Assembly (NCBI RefSeq): GCF_000143415.4
Contig: NW_003314450.1
Location: forward strand, 32,436 to 96,435
DNA: 64,000 nt
Origin: Selaginella moellendorffii
Lineage: Eukaryota > Plantae > Lycopodiophyta
Reading direction: 5' to 3'
Shown: positions 34,570 through 46,597 of the stretch, in pieces
Position numbering within the stretch: position 1 is the first letter of the stretch
How the letters are laid out: each line of letters starts with the position of its first letter
The notes under the pieces: model-generated
Told to the model about the DNA's origin: nothing
What the model saw: the letters and a program-made list of their open reading frames with translations, nothing else
Databases searched by the model: none
Made by a program: the position numbers and the translations under genes

Positions 34570-36380
34570 TCAGTTCGTCTTGCTCTTGGGAGACTTGATG
34601 GACGATGGCTGCTTGATTCCCTCGTTACTCTTGTTGCTAGAGCTGTCCATGATCGCCTCCTTGGCCTTCCCTGTGGCGGCATTGTTCGCGGAGCCACTTC
34701 TATCGGTGGCGACCGTCACCGATGCGTCCGTGTACTGCTGTTTGTCACCGGAGCCGATTGCCTGGAGCGCGCTGAGCGGGACTTTGCCGCTCGCCGTGGC
34801 CAGAGAGATTGGCATGAGGCAGAGGCCCTTGCTCTGCAAGTACTGCATCGCAGAGCCCATGTCCTCGTCCATGAGCCGTGCCACTTGACGCTCGGCGCTG
34901 GCGAGACCGTCGTGGGAGATCCCCGTGCTGCGGCTGAGCGTACTCGCCAGTAAGCTGTTTGCTCCCTGGAACATGAAACGTAAGAACAGCAGCAAAAGAA
35001 AAGTATTTCTTTTACCTCAGATGGTAAGTCTGCCACGAGAGATGGAACAGCTGCCGCACTTCCAAGCCGGCTCATGCTCAAAACCTGCGGGTATACATTC
35101 GCATTCGAAGCTTCTCGAAATGAAAACAAAGAAAGCGCCAACCTTCACTTGCAGCTGCAGAAATTTCACGTAGTCTACAATCTCATCCAGCATCGAGGCC
35201 TTATCCGTCTGGGAAAAACATACAAAAAGATAAGCACCACTAAACGATGCTGAGTATATAAACCTTGTTAGCATTTGGCACGAGGTCTTGCAAAGCCTTC
35301 ATCCTCTCTGCGATTCTTTCCCTACGCAACTGTACTTAAAACAAGTTTAGTCATCCAGAAAAAAAAAAAAAAAAAAAAACAAGGAGCGACAGAGATGATT
35401 ATACCCTCTCCGCAATGCTGTGAGGATCAGTCGCCTGACCGCGCCTAGCACGCACACGAGGCCGAGGAGCCCCACCAGCGACAGGATTTACAGGCTGTGG
35501 CTGCGTACTCGCTGCTTGAGGCCTGTATGCTTGGCCAGACTGTGGCCCCGGAGCACTGGTATTCACCTGCAACTCGCAAGCTTTTCGAACAAAACCACTA
35601 TGACTCGAGAGGCTCACCTGTTGCGAAGGCGGGACGGGCGCTCTAGGCTGAGGAAGCGAAGGATAGACGTTAAACATGGTTCCTGGCGTTCCATCCCGGG
35701 CTTGACCCTGCACCGCTTACGTTAGCATAACCAGAGACGAAGTTGCAAAGTTCGCATCATCTTCGCACCAGTTCCTCGCCGCCACGGAATCCTCTGCCGT
35801 AGACATTCCCCCCGTTGGAGTTCGTGAACATCTCTAGCGGCATGCCTCCAATGAACGGCTGGCGCCACGAGGGCGATAGAGCTTGGCCAGCTTCAGGCCT
35901 CGGTGGAGCACTCCCGACGAGTGTCGAGCCTACGGGAAGTCCAATCGGCACGTCCTCTAGCCTGTGGAGCAAAGGCTCGGAGCCTTGCGAGCCAACCATG
36001 TCGAGGCTGGAGGATGCTCGTTCCATAAGCTGTGATATAGAGCCCTCCGAGAGCATGCTCCGCTGCTGCTGGAGCTGTGCGAAGAGAAAGGCGTCGTCCA
36101 CCATATCACCAATCTGAGGATCCGCGGCCACACTGTCCTGCTGCATTCCCTTTCCCTGCTTCTCGGCCCCGAGGTTGAGCAGTCCGGAAAGCTCTGACTT
36201 TGTCAACTTGGAGGTGTCAATGCCGAATTCCCAGTTCCTCACCCCCAATTCCGACCACGACGGGATGCTCAAGATGTTCTCCAGAAACTCCATGTGTTCT
36301 TTCTCCTCCTGGTTCAGCGGGGCCTGAGAGCTGTCGACGCTTTTCATCACACTTTCTTCCGGCGGGGACTCCTGCTGCAT
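34570..36380 (-). CDS. LRL: bHLH subfamily XI (LRL) transcription factor, copy 2
   Basis: [72 protein letters not shown]; [25 protein letters not shown]. Confidence 0.92.
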
Positions 36381-38571
36381 TCCAGTCGACTGAAGGGAAG
36401 GAGCGAAAAAACAGACTACTTGACCATCCCTGCTGCTGGAGGAAGATCGATTCCAATATTCTCAAGCCGGAATCTCCCAGGGAAATGTGGCTGCAATAAA
36501 CGAGAATCCGTCAAAGAAAGTTTTTCAAACTCCAGGAAATCTCGTTGGCGGTTCAATAATTAGCTTAGACTGACGTAACAGTACGTTGGCAAGCAAGCAA
36601 AGCAAATTCCAAGACAATCCAGGGGAGGAAGAGCTCTAGAAACTCGCAAGAAACCGAGAGAATTACCAATCGGGCATCGCCCGGCGAGAAGGAAACAACC
36701 CAAGACAAGAGCCCAACAAAGAATCCCAGCTGCCCAAATCCAGGAAATCCCAAAACCAGGGGACTGAAGATCGGCAAACGTACCTGGAGCTCCCAGATCC
36801 GCAGCGCAATTGTCCCGAGAAGCCGCTGCTAGCAAGAACACCGCTTCTTTCTCTTCCTCCACAGTCGTCCCCCTCCTCCAAACCAAATGGCGGTGCGCTC
36901 GAGAGACCTCGGGGGGGAGAGAAAGAAAAAAACTCTTCCCTTCTCTACGGGGTCGCTGAGAGCGCACGGATGTCGTCCATCCCAGAGCCACCAACGGTCC
37001 CGGTTGTGCCAGGCACACGAGTTACGCGGTGGAGCATCCGGAACGTTGGGTGCGGGGGATCGACGGCCCAGGCTGCAACCACATTGTAGTCAATGGTTGT
37101 AGAAATGGCAGGGGCTAAATGTAGAAAGTACATTGATTTACCGCAGGGCGTACCACCAACTTTTTTGGATTAAACTGGGAGGAATAAAAGCGATCCCTGC
37201 AAAAAAGCATCCGGTTACTACGCACAAAACTACAACCGTTCGAGAACACTCAACAGAAGATCATATCACTCCACAGGAATATAGCCATGGCTGGCGCCAC
37301 TAAACAGGAGCTAAGCCAAGGATTTGGACGCTAAAAAAGAAAAAAAAAAAGAGAAACCAAAAGCTCTGGACGAGCTAGCCAGGCATCTGCCGCGCTAGGC
37401 TTGTGTGACGAGAAACAATGATTTTTTTAAGATGCAAGGAGCAAGGAAGCGAGAGCAAGCAGGCAAATCTATAGAGCAGCTTACCTGAGCTGGAATTCTT
37501 TTGCGTGGGCTCCATGGATGCACAGACCGCATGCGCATTCTAGGATTGCGAGCGGGACCCAAGTTCTCTCCCCCTTCACATGCCCTGTCCAAAACAAACA
37601 AGCAGTACTCGAAAAGTTTAGCGCGAGCAGTAGAGATCTGTCAGCAAAACCAAAGGACGAACAGTACAGACAGGAAGACAAATTCGCGACGGATACCTTT
37701 GCTTCAAGGATGACACTTGTAAAGCGGGGTCTAGAGATGCCGTCGCGAGCCCGGAAGGAGAAGAAAAAGTGAGACACCCGCGGCTTAGTCCACTTGCAAG
37801 AATCGAATCGAATAGAATAGAACGGAAACCGGAGCGGAGCCGAGAGATGGATGGATTGCCATGGGGGTCAACTAGCAAGGTAGGGAAAAGCAAACTTGTT
37901 AGTGGCAGACAAAGGCTGGTATGTACTTGAACAGTCTTACTTTTTCTCCTGTCATCTCAGTATTGAAAAGAAAAAGCGAACCTTGTGCCGAGCAACATCC
38001 AATGAGACAACCGCGTACGGCATATAGGAATTTTCCAAGGGCCGTGATCTCCGGGAACCTGCGCAAGTTCACATGGCGGGGTCAACACAGCGAGCAAGTC
38101 TGAATAAACTTGCGGGCGAAAAGACGCTTTGAAACGCTTTGCACATAACGAACCAACTATCCTTCCTCCCCGAGAGCGAGCAGCATGATATTTCCTGACA
38201 ATCATGAGTCCAGATAGTGGAGCCGAAAATAAATCAACGAAGAAAAAAAATTAGTTACCAAGTATCGCGTGCGAGCGGCTTGGGTCCCGACGATAGCAGT
38301 GATGTCAGCCAGCTGATGAAGAGTAAGCATAACAAAAGTGGTCAATATCAATCAAGTGTTGTTAATTCAGAAAGCGTTACCTTTCGGGATCGCGAGTAAA
38401 TGTCTCTTACAAATCCAAGAACAAGGTGTGACTTGCGAAGTACAGCTGCGAGTCGGCTTCCAAAGCAGTTTTATTGAAAAACAAGATGTTTCAACTCGAC
38501 GGAGGCAGAGAATGAAATTCTACAGCGAGTGAAAACAAAAAACTCCCTACCTCCACATGGGGTGACGATTT

Positions 38572-40295
38572 TCAGGTGCAAACCCGAGCATTTCCAGGAC
38601 TTAATAGCGTCTCTGACATTATCCAGCCCTGGAAAGCATAGAACTTTAGTACCTCTTCGTCAACCACAATGTTTTACCTGTTTTTCGGCATCGAGTTTGA
38701 AATGTTCATAGAGGGGAGATATGTATTTGCAGCTTTCTTGATACGCTCCTTCGGCAGAAGAACATTTATCAAAAATGTTGACAAACAATTGGCCCTGCAT
38801 AAAGTTACTGATATCAGAAAGCAAAGACCAGAATATTCAACACACTCACATGAAATGCTGCTCGAAGGACGTCATCACCGTTGGCTCTTTCCTTTAGAAC
38901 AACATAGGTGCGCTGACGTTTAGGATTGTAGCTTACAAGGTAGTTTTCCCCCTGGAAAGAGAAAGCGAGAAAGAGAGTGTGTGTGTGTGTCATTCGATAC
39001 TGTGAATAAAGAAGGCACCTTAAATAAAGAGTCTATGTACTGGTAGTCTTGAGGAGCAGAGAAGGCATCAGATACCCGTGCGCCTGAAGAAACTTCCCAC
39101 GGTCAGCAAACAGCATCCAAAAACTAACAGAAGGGGTACCTAATTCTAGTTTCTCTAGTGACCATTGCGGACCAACGATAATTCGCTCTCTCTCATTTGC
39201 TTCAACCAAACCCGGAACTTTCCCTGCAGAGGAAAAATGTCAAACAAAAGTGACTTCCAGACTTGAAATACCTGTCTCTAGAAAAGTGTCGACAGCAATC
39301 CCGAATCTGTGCCGGTTCAATGTTGGCAGCTGAATTGCTTTCACCTGCATTGGAGTGTTGAGGCAGCCGAAGGCGCAGAAAAGAAAACAATACCTCTCGA
39401 AAGGAACTGTAGACGTATCCAAAAGCCAACGCACTAAATGGAGCAAAGACAGGAAAATTTTTGGACATCAGAATTCCCATGCCAGTACCTAGCTAAAAAG
39501 TAGCGTGTTAGCAAACTACCAGTCCTTGCAACTCGTTCTCATACCAGATCCGCAATGTTTCCGATACACTCTCCTTTTGCAGTTATGTCTCCAATGTTTT
39601 CTCGACGCGCAAAGGCCTTGTATATGGGTGCTCGAGTCGAAGTAGACGCCACTGCAGCAACGTTCTGCAAAAGAAAAAACAAGCCTCTTGAGAAGAAATA
39701 ATAAAACAAGGTAAGAACACCTTTCCAATGTTAGCTATACAAGCCAGAGGGAGAAAAAATTGTGGTGTGGCAGATGTAGCTAGTTCCAGTGCCGCAGCTA
39801 ATTGCATTAAGACATCACCAGCAAATCGAATCTGTAAAAGACTCACGAATCAGAGAACTAAGCACGAGAGCAAACGCATAACCTGCTTAAGGTGACAATC
39901 GAACTTCTTTCCATGCCGAGCAAAAATCATTTTTCCGATTCGGCCAGCACCATCCTGAGAAATGAAGTGAAGTCCGTTTTAGAACTACGTCAAAGTTTTG
40001 CATAACACAGCACCGACCTTGACAACCCAGTTTACAGCGATGGCCGAAGACGAAGCTCCATTCCGGACACCAAGAGCATGAAGCAGCGACCGGGTCGTGA
40101 AGACGCCCATGGCACCTCCAAAGAAATACTGGACGAAATCAGCACTGTCGTCTAAAACACGATCCAAGCAAGAGCTTTTACCTGGAGGCATCGCCATTGC
40201 ATGTAAGGCGTGTAGCACGGAAGAACACTGTCCGGAAAGCCTTCCGGCACGACATGCGATCGCACAAAGTCCATAATCTCCTGAAGAACAAGGTG

Positions 40296-40330
<35 letters not shown>

Positions 40331-40528
40331 CGATGCATGACTCACCGCAAGGGCGCTTTGGTGTGGAAACAATTTCTCGCTCTGTAAGACCTGCCCCTTT
40401 GCAACGTATTTCCATTGCACGTCTCCGATTCTCTCCAAGCACAGTGTGGAGCGAGTGGCTCTAGCATCGGCAATCCTCGCGGCTGTGCCGCCATCGCTAG
40501 CGCACTGCCCTCCTCCCAAGCCCTGCAT
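38572..40528 (-). CDS. ROOT UVB SENSITIVE (DUF647) family protein, RUS6-like, multi-exon
   Basis: VPEGFPDSV..YMQWR, FFGGAMGVFTTRSLL, NWVVKDGAGRIGK, IYKAFARRENIGDITAKGE. Confidence 0.87.
40301..40325. repeat. (GA)n microsatellite in a RUS intron
   Basis: About 12 GA units. Confidence 0.9.
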
Positions 40529-41068
40529 TTGCTACCTAGGAGCGCCTCCGAGCTCTCAATCTCGTGTCGTCCGCTCCCCGCCCTAGCTTAAAAGCAGCCT
40601 TATAAATATTACCATGTAATGAGATTTTGTCCATTCATGGTCTACAGTCAAAAGAATCGAGCAACGCCATGCATAGTAAACACCTACCACGTAGAACTTA
40701 TTAGATAGTGTGACTATACAAGGGGATTCTTCGATCGATTGATTGTCCAATGCCGGTGGTAGTAACTTGGAGCACTATGCTCAACAAGGATGTAGCGAAA
40801 AGTAAAAACTTTTTGCAAAAGTTATTGGGTCGGAGTATGACTTATTTACTTCAAGACACACAATAGGGTCACACTCTACAACCCAACAAGTTAACAATTT
40901 AGTTTTCGCCACACTGTTTAAATAAGAAAGACTCAGCAACGCTTGGGCACGTGGGAGAAGTGTATTGCCCTAAGCTTTGCCCTAGCTAAAGTAAACGAAT
41001 AGTTAATTAAACACAGCATATTCTATAGGTGCATGCAATCATTTGTAAATCGAAAACAATGTAACAAA

Positions 41069-41140
41069 ATCAGAGTGGCGCAGCGGAAGCGTGGTGGGCC
41101 CATAACCCACAGGTCGGAGGATCGAAACCTCCCTCTGATA
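41069..41140 (+). tRNA. Cytosolic initiator tRNA-Met (CAT)
   Basis: 72 nt, A1:T72, GGG/CCC anticodon stem, A54 T-loop ATCGAAA, upstream CAA, downstream T-runs. Confidence 0.96.
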
Positions 41141-41316
41141 GTGCTTTTATCATTTTTTAAAAACAATCCAAGAAAACTTGCTATTACGATCTTGATTTTA
41201 CGAAGATCCTCTGTGAATCGAAAACAACGAGTAGAAGTTGTGCGTCGAAATTCAATACTGTTTGCCGCAGAATATTCAAAGTCGTCGTAAATTACTATTG
41301 TCTACCGTGTTTGGCC

Positions 41317-41787
41317 ATGGCGGCTTCCCTGGTAGCAGCTCCAAGTGGGCGATATCCATTTGCGATTGGGCGCCTTCCAAATCGTAATGCACGGTTCCAA
41401 CCAGCTCCAGATGTCCGATTTCCATCGCCAGTTCCAATTGGGCGATTCCAGCCAGCTCGATTTCCACCAGGTGGGCGATCGAGGCTTCGCGTCTGGGCGG
41501 CTTACAAGGTAACGCTGGTGACCCCTGAGGGCGAGAAAGTGCTGAGCGTGCCCGAGGATTCCTACATTCTGGATGCCGCGGAGGAGCAGGGCGTGGAGCT
41601 GCCCTACTCGTGCAAATCGGGGGCGTGTTCTTCTTGCGCGGGCATGGTGAAGCTGGGCGAGGTGGATCAGAGGGACCAAACGTTTCTCACTGATCTCCAG
41701 GTGAAACAAGGCTACGTTCTCACCTGTGTGGCATACCCGGTCTCGGATTTGGTCATTCAAACCCACCAGGAAGAGAAACTCTACTAA
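41317..41787 (+). CDS. Plastid 2Fe-2S ferredoxin
   Basis: [53 protein letters not shown]; N-terminal transit peptide. Confidence 0.95.
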   Translation: MAASLVAAPSGRYPFAIGRLPNRNARFQPAPDVRFPSPVPIGRFQPARFPPGGRSRLRVWAAYKVTLVTPEGEKVLSVPEDSYILDAAEEQGVELPYSCKSGACSSCAGMVKLGEVDQRDQTFLTDLQVKQGYVLTCVAYPVSDLVIQTHQEEKLY

Positions 41788-41941
41788 AGTTCTAAGACCA
41801 TGATCCAACTTTGGAGATGATTGGATTTACGTTATTCGCAGAGCTTTGCTCCTGCCAAAAAATTTGCACAAAGTGTTGTTGTTGGAGTCATGCACAAAAC
41901 ACTTACAAATCAAAGAAGAAAGAGACCATACAAACTTTCCT

Positions 41942-43942
41942 TCATGGCCGATCCATGCTCTTGAGCTCCTCGGACGACAATTCCTCCCCTCCAGTCCCCC
42001 AGTTCCTGACGTCTTCGATCATCTTCACCACATTTCTCATCTTTGGTCGATCCCCTGGCAGCGTCGCCACGCACACCAGCGCAATCTGAAGCATCTCCAC
42101 CATCTCCTCCTCCGAGAACCTCAAGATCCCCTGGTCGAAAACCTCCTCCGTCCACTCCTCCCGGACAACCGACTGGACCCATCGCGGGAGATCCAGCATC
42201 TCGCCCGAGTGATTGCTCCTCCACGGCGCCTTCCCCGTGAGAATCTCCAGCAGCACCACCCCAAACGCGTAGACGTCCGACTGCTGCGTGAGCTTCCTGG
42301 TGGCGGACAGCTCCGGTGCCCGATAGCCCACCGGGCCCAACGCCGACTCGGACCCCGGCCCCAGCATCTGGGCGATGCCATAGTCCGCCACCCGGGCTTC
42401 CATAGAGCGCGAGAGGAGAATGTTGGAGGATTTGATGTCGCCGTGCACTACTTGGCCCCCCAGCGACTCGTGCAAGCAAGCGATCCCTCTCGCGGCGCCA
42501 AGCGCTATCCGGAGGCGCATGGACCAGTCCAGAGATATCGACTGTTGTGTCTCACCACCTTTTGAAGGAAAACTTAGTATACAAAGACGAGGAGAAAGAA
42601 ATCCGGGTTGCTTACCATGAAGCTGCGCCGCTAAGCTTCCCATTGGGATGAACTCCGTCACCACGAGCTTCTCCGTCTTGGAAAAGTAGTAGGCTCTTGG
42701 GACGTGGAGATTTTGATGCTCGATCTCTCCAAACACCGCCATCCTCTTCTCAAACTCTTTGCTTCCCAGCTCAACTCCTTTGATCCTCTTGACCGCCACC
42801 ATTTGCCCGTCCTCCAGCACCGCCCTGTAGCTCGTCCCAAGGCTCCCCTGCCCCATCATCTCCGCCGATGCCCGCAAGAGATCCTCCAGGCTAAAGTTGT
42901 TCTTACTCGTCTTGAGGAAGACCAGTTGCCCGGCTTGAGCCTCGGCGCTCTTGTCCGAGCTCGAGAACTCCCTCGTGAAATCGTCGGAGCTGCTCACCTC
43001 GGCCTTGGGCTTGGGACTCCGGGCCGAGGCTGCCGATATCTCCCGCTTGTGCTGCTTGTGCCAGTAGCACAGCATGAACAGTGTCGTGAGCACTGCCAGG
43101 AAGGCCACATCGCCAATGACGAGCGCAAGAATTGCGCCAAGACTAAGTCGTCTCCCCGGCTTCGTTTGAGTTGGCGCTGCCGGCCTACTTGGAGTTGGCT
43201 CTGGAGATGCCGGGGCGGAGCAAACAAATCCCAGAGGCCTCCCACAAAGATCAAGGTTGCCCGAAAAATCCTGTGGTGGAAGCTGCGCGAGAGTCTGTGG
43301 GATTTGTCCGCTAAGGCTGTTGTTGGCGACGCTGAAATCCACGATGGAGCTGCCGCGCTGGATTGCCGGAATTTTACCTGTGAAGGAGTTGTTCTGGACG
43401 AGAAAAATCTTGATGCGTGGAAGGCCCTCTAGAGACTGCGGCAAGCTTCCGTTGAGGGTGTTGTAGGAGAGATCGACGCGGACCAAGCGAGGCCAGGACT
43501 GGAAATCCCACGTAATCGGGCCCGTGAATCGGTTCCTTTGCAGCACCAAGCTCCGGAGCTTCCTGCATTTGATGAGATCGCCGGGAAGTGGCCCGGAGAG
43601 AAGATTCGACCTCAGACTGAGAACCATGAGCTCGTCCAGGGATCCAAGAACGCCGGCAGGGACAGCTCCGGAGATCCCCACGCCCGGGAGATTGATCTTG
43701 AACACTCTTTCCCGAATTTCACTTACACTGCCGTTGGAAGACCCGATCGTGGCGTTGATGCACGTAATCCCTTGCCAGCTACAAGGATCCCGCTGCGTGC
43801 TCCATCCAAGAAGATTGGAGGGGTCCGTGGCATTGCGAAACGCGACCAACGCGCTCAAATCCTGCTCCAGCATGGCGGCATCCGCGAGAAAAATCCCAGA
43901 TAACACCAGCGCTGCGCACAACAAGCCGCATCGACAATACAT
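41942..43942 (-). CDS. LRR-III receptor-like kinase (RLK902/PRK-like); intron 42559-42615
   Basis: About 5 LRRs, TM helix, FSLEDLLRASAE, DLPRWVQSVVREEWTEEVFD. Confidence 0.92.
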   Translation of the reverse strand: MYCRCGLLCAALVLSGIFLADAAMLEQDLSALVAFRNATDPSNLLGWSTQRDPCSWQGITCINATIGSSNGSVSEIRERVFKINLPGVGISGAVPAGVLGSLDELMVLSLRSNLLSGPLPGDLIKCRKLRSLVLQRNRFTGPITWDFQSWPRLVRVDLSYNTLNGSLPQSLEGLPRIKIFLVQNNSFTGKIPAIQRGSSIVDFSVANNSLSGQIPQTLAQLPPQDFSGNLDLCGRPLGFVCSAPASPEPTPSRPAAPTQTKPGRRLSLGAILALVIGDVAFLAVLTTLFMLCYWHKQHKREISAASARSPKPKAEVSSSDDFTREFSSSDKSAEAQAGQLVFLKTSKNNFSLEDLLRASAEMMGQGSLGTSYRAVLEDGQMVAVKRIKGVELGSKEFEKRMAVFGEIEHQNLHVPRAYYFSKTEKLVVTEFIPMGSLAAQLHGKQPGFLSPRLCILSFPSKGGETQQSISLDWSMRLRIALGAARGIACLHESLGGQVVHGDIKSSNILLSRSMEARVADYGIAQMLGPGSESALGPVGYRAPELSATRKLTQQSDVYAFGVVLLEILTGKAPWRSNHSGEMLDLPRWVQSVVREEWTEEVFDQGILRFSEEEMVEMLQIALVCVATLPGDRPKMRNVVKMIEDVRNWGTGGEELSSEELKSMDRP

Positions 43943-44591
43943 TTCCAAACCCAAGAAACTCCAAGAATCAAGACGCCGCGCCGCCTCTTCTTCCTGCTCT
44001 TGCGATCCTCGCGACGAATATCAGATATTTCCCTGCCGGATCGCTGTCTCATTTGCAAGGGAAGGCGCTTGGAGAGCGATCCAATAGCTTTCTTGGAAGA
44101 ACCCTAAACCTTAGAAAGAGCTAGACCCGCACATAGCCGCGTTGTCGCTTAACTGCTGGAAAGCTGGAGGTCCGCCAAATGTGGAGTAACGTTAAAAGTC
44201 ATCAAAATTTCACTATTACTAACTTTTGGCGGAGCTCCGCTTGTCGCGTAGCTAGGAGAAATCGCAACGGGCCGGCCGGCCACGCGTGACGCGCCTAATT
44301 CAAATTGGCGAATATCCTTACCGTTGACAAGAATATACTACACGATGGCGCGAAAAGATTAACAAGCTTCAGAAGATTATATAAGCTCTAGATTTCTTCT
44401 CTAAGATTATGGGGAATTCCTCTTTAGATTATAGCGACCATCTAGAACTCTTCTCTAGATTATAGTGACCATCGATAGCACCCAACTGGAACTCATCCTT
44501 TCGACCAAACCAGTAGCGCAGGGACGAAGAATTAGTTGCTCTATCCATCCAAAATCCTATAATCCTCCTCTAAAGCGCCCCATTCTCTCTT

Positions 44592-46597
44592 CTACATGAA
44601 GGACATGACGAACGAGTGGAGCGAATTGATGTCCCTGCGCTCTGATGGATACTTGATGAACTTCGTGCTGTTCTTGGGGAAGAAGAGGATCGTCGGGAAC
44701 GTCGTCATCATCAGCTCTTGCTGGCACATCATCTTGTTCACACCATCGGCACGGAACTTGGCAATCTGGAAAAGAAAAATCGATCATGTTCTACTCTGCG
44801 GAAACAACGCGATTTTTACTTACGTAGACTGGTGTGCCTTCGAGCCTCGTGGCGAGTTCCTTGTATGCGGCATCCATGGCCTGAAGAGAAGGGAAAAAGG
44901 ATCAAGAATGTGAGAACATCGAGAAAGAACTTGTAAAGAGAAAACGGGATACCTGGCAATGTGGGCACCAGGGGGCGTACAGGCACACGACGCCGGACTT
45001 TTCACGCGACGTGGTCTTGCCGAGAGCTCGCATTTCTTCACGACTGAATTTGATGATCGACGGATTGTTGTAGAGATCACCGCCGAATTCTTGTTGCCTA
45101 CGGTAAGGCCGGACGTTGTTCATGTTGCCCTGATAGTATGAGAGAACAATGTTCAGCTTTAACTTTCACAGATCAAAGAGAAAGAAGAACTTGCCTTGTT
45201 GATACCCAGCTCCTTGGAGTTGGTTTCCTCCCACCACCACCGTCCCTCTCGCTCGTGCTGCCATGGGAGGATTGATCTCGTGCAAGGCTCACATCCGATC
45301 GAAGCGAACCCCTGCAAAATACATGAAGCAAAATGGAAAAAGAAAGCAAAATCACCTTTGTATGAAGTTCATTGATCGGCACGTTCATGTTCGTGAGAAA
45401 TCTCCAGATCTCATTATGCGACATACTCGCCAGTGGGTTCCATTTCAGCAGAGTTTCTGGACCATCTCGGCCATCAAAAGATGGATCAATCTGAAAAACA
45501 CAACAAGAGAAAATTAGAAACAAAGAGGATTTCGCAGAGCTTCCTTACCTGGACAACAGGCAATTTTCCACGAGAAACTGGGAGTTGGTCCCGACGCTGG
45601 CCAGTGATCCAGGAGCGAAGGCCTTGCAGCTTCTTCGACAAAGGCCTGATCCTGCGAATGTTGCAGCACTCTTCGTGTCCGTCCTGGTAGAAGGAGAACA
45701 TCCCTTTGTCTTTGGTCAACTTCTCAACTTCTCCAGCGTCCGGGAAAACATATTCTATTTGGATGTTGTAATGCCTCTCAACTTCGGTGAAGAACCGGTA
45801 CGTCTCAGGATTCATCCTTCCAGTATCCAGCGTGAACACTCGGTATGGTCGCGCGGATTGATGCGCAATCTCAATGAGCGCGACATCCTCAGCTCCACTG
45901 GTCGAAAAGAGGAAATGCAAATGAGAGACTACTTGCAAAGCAGTCGCAAAAAGACGTACCCAAAAGCGATGGCAATGTCATTGCCATACATTCCCAACGC
46001 ACGATCCATGATCTCCAAGGGAGAACAGGTGTTCATCTCTTCCGCCAGCTTCTCAGGATCAAGCTCGATTTCTCCAGACTCTGAAAGAAAAACAATAAGA
46101 TGAGCTTCTGAGACAGAAGATAACAAACTTACCAGCTGGAGGTGGCTTAGCGGGCTGAAGAGCCTGTTGAGCTGGAGTGAGAATGGGTTTGAGTGGAACT
46201 TGCTCAGGCTCCGCTGCAACTTCAGCACTAGCCACCGCGCAGTAAGCTCTCATTGATAGACCTCCTTGCCTGGGAAGCCATACTCGCGAGCTGGACTTAA
46301 AAGTCGACTGGAGACTCGTTTGTTTGAGACCAGAGCCTGTAAAAACGCACATGAATAACAAAAATCACTTAAAAAAACGCACAAGAAAAAAAAAAGCATC
46401 TCGAGACCACAAACACACAAGAACATCAAGAACAACAAACAACAAAAAGGATAAACCCCAAATTCGCATCTACATTTGCTCTTCTTCCTCCTCTAAAACC
46501 CTCACACTTAAACCCTATACCCTGGCATTCCCTCGAGCATACCTGACGAGACCAAGGGCACGCTGCAGCTCGCGGCGGGCCATGAGACGGCCTCCAT
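44592..46597 (-). CDS. APR: Adenosine 5'-phosphosulfate reductase-like protein (reductase + thioredoxin domain), catalytic Cys substituted
   Basis: [73 protein letters not shown]; in-frame upstream ATG at 46741 is an alternative start. Confidence 0.9.

Noticed and set aside
44385-44475. Short degenerate repeats (ctctagattatag.gaccatc)
   Set aside because: Ordinary local slippage duplication in intergenic/3' UTR DNA.
8701-46597. Sulfur-metabolism gene cluster (QSOX, alliinase-like, ferredoxin, APR)
   Set aside because: Genes are widely interspersed with unrelated ones, target different compartments and form no coherent pathway.
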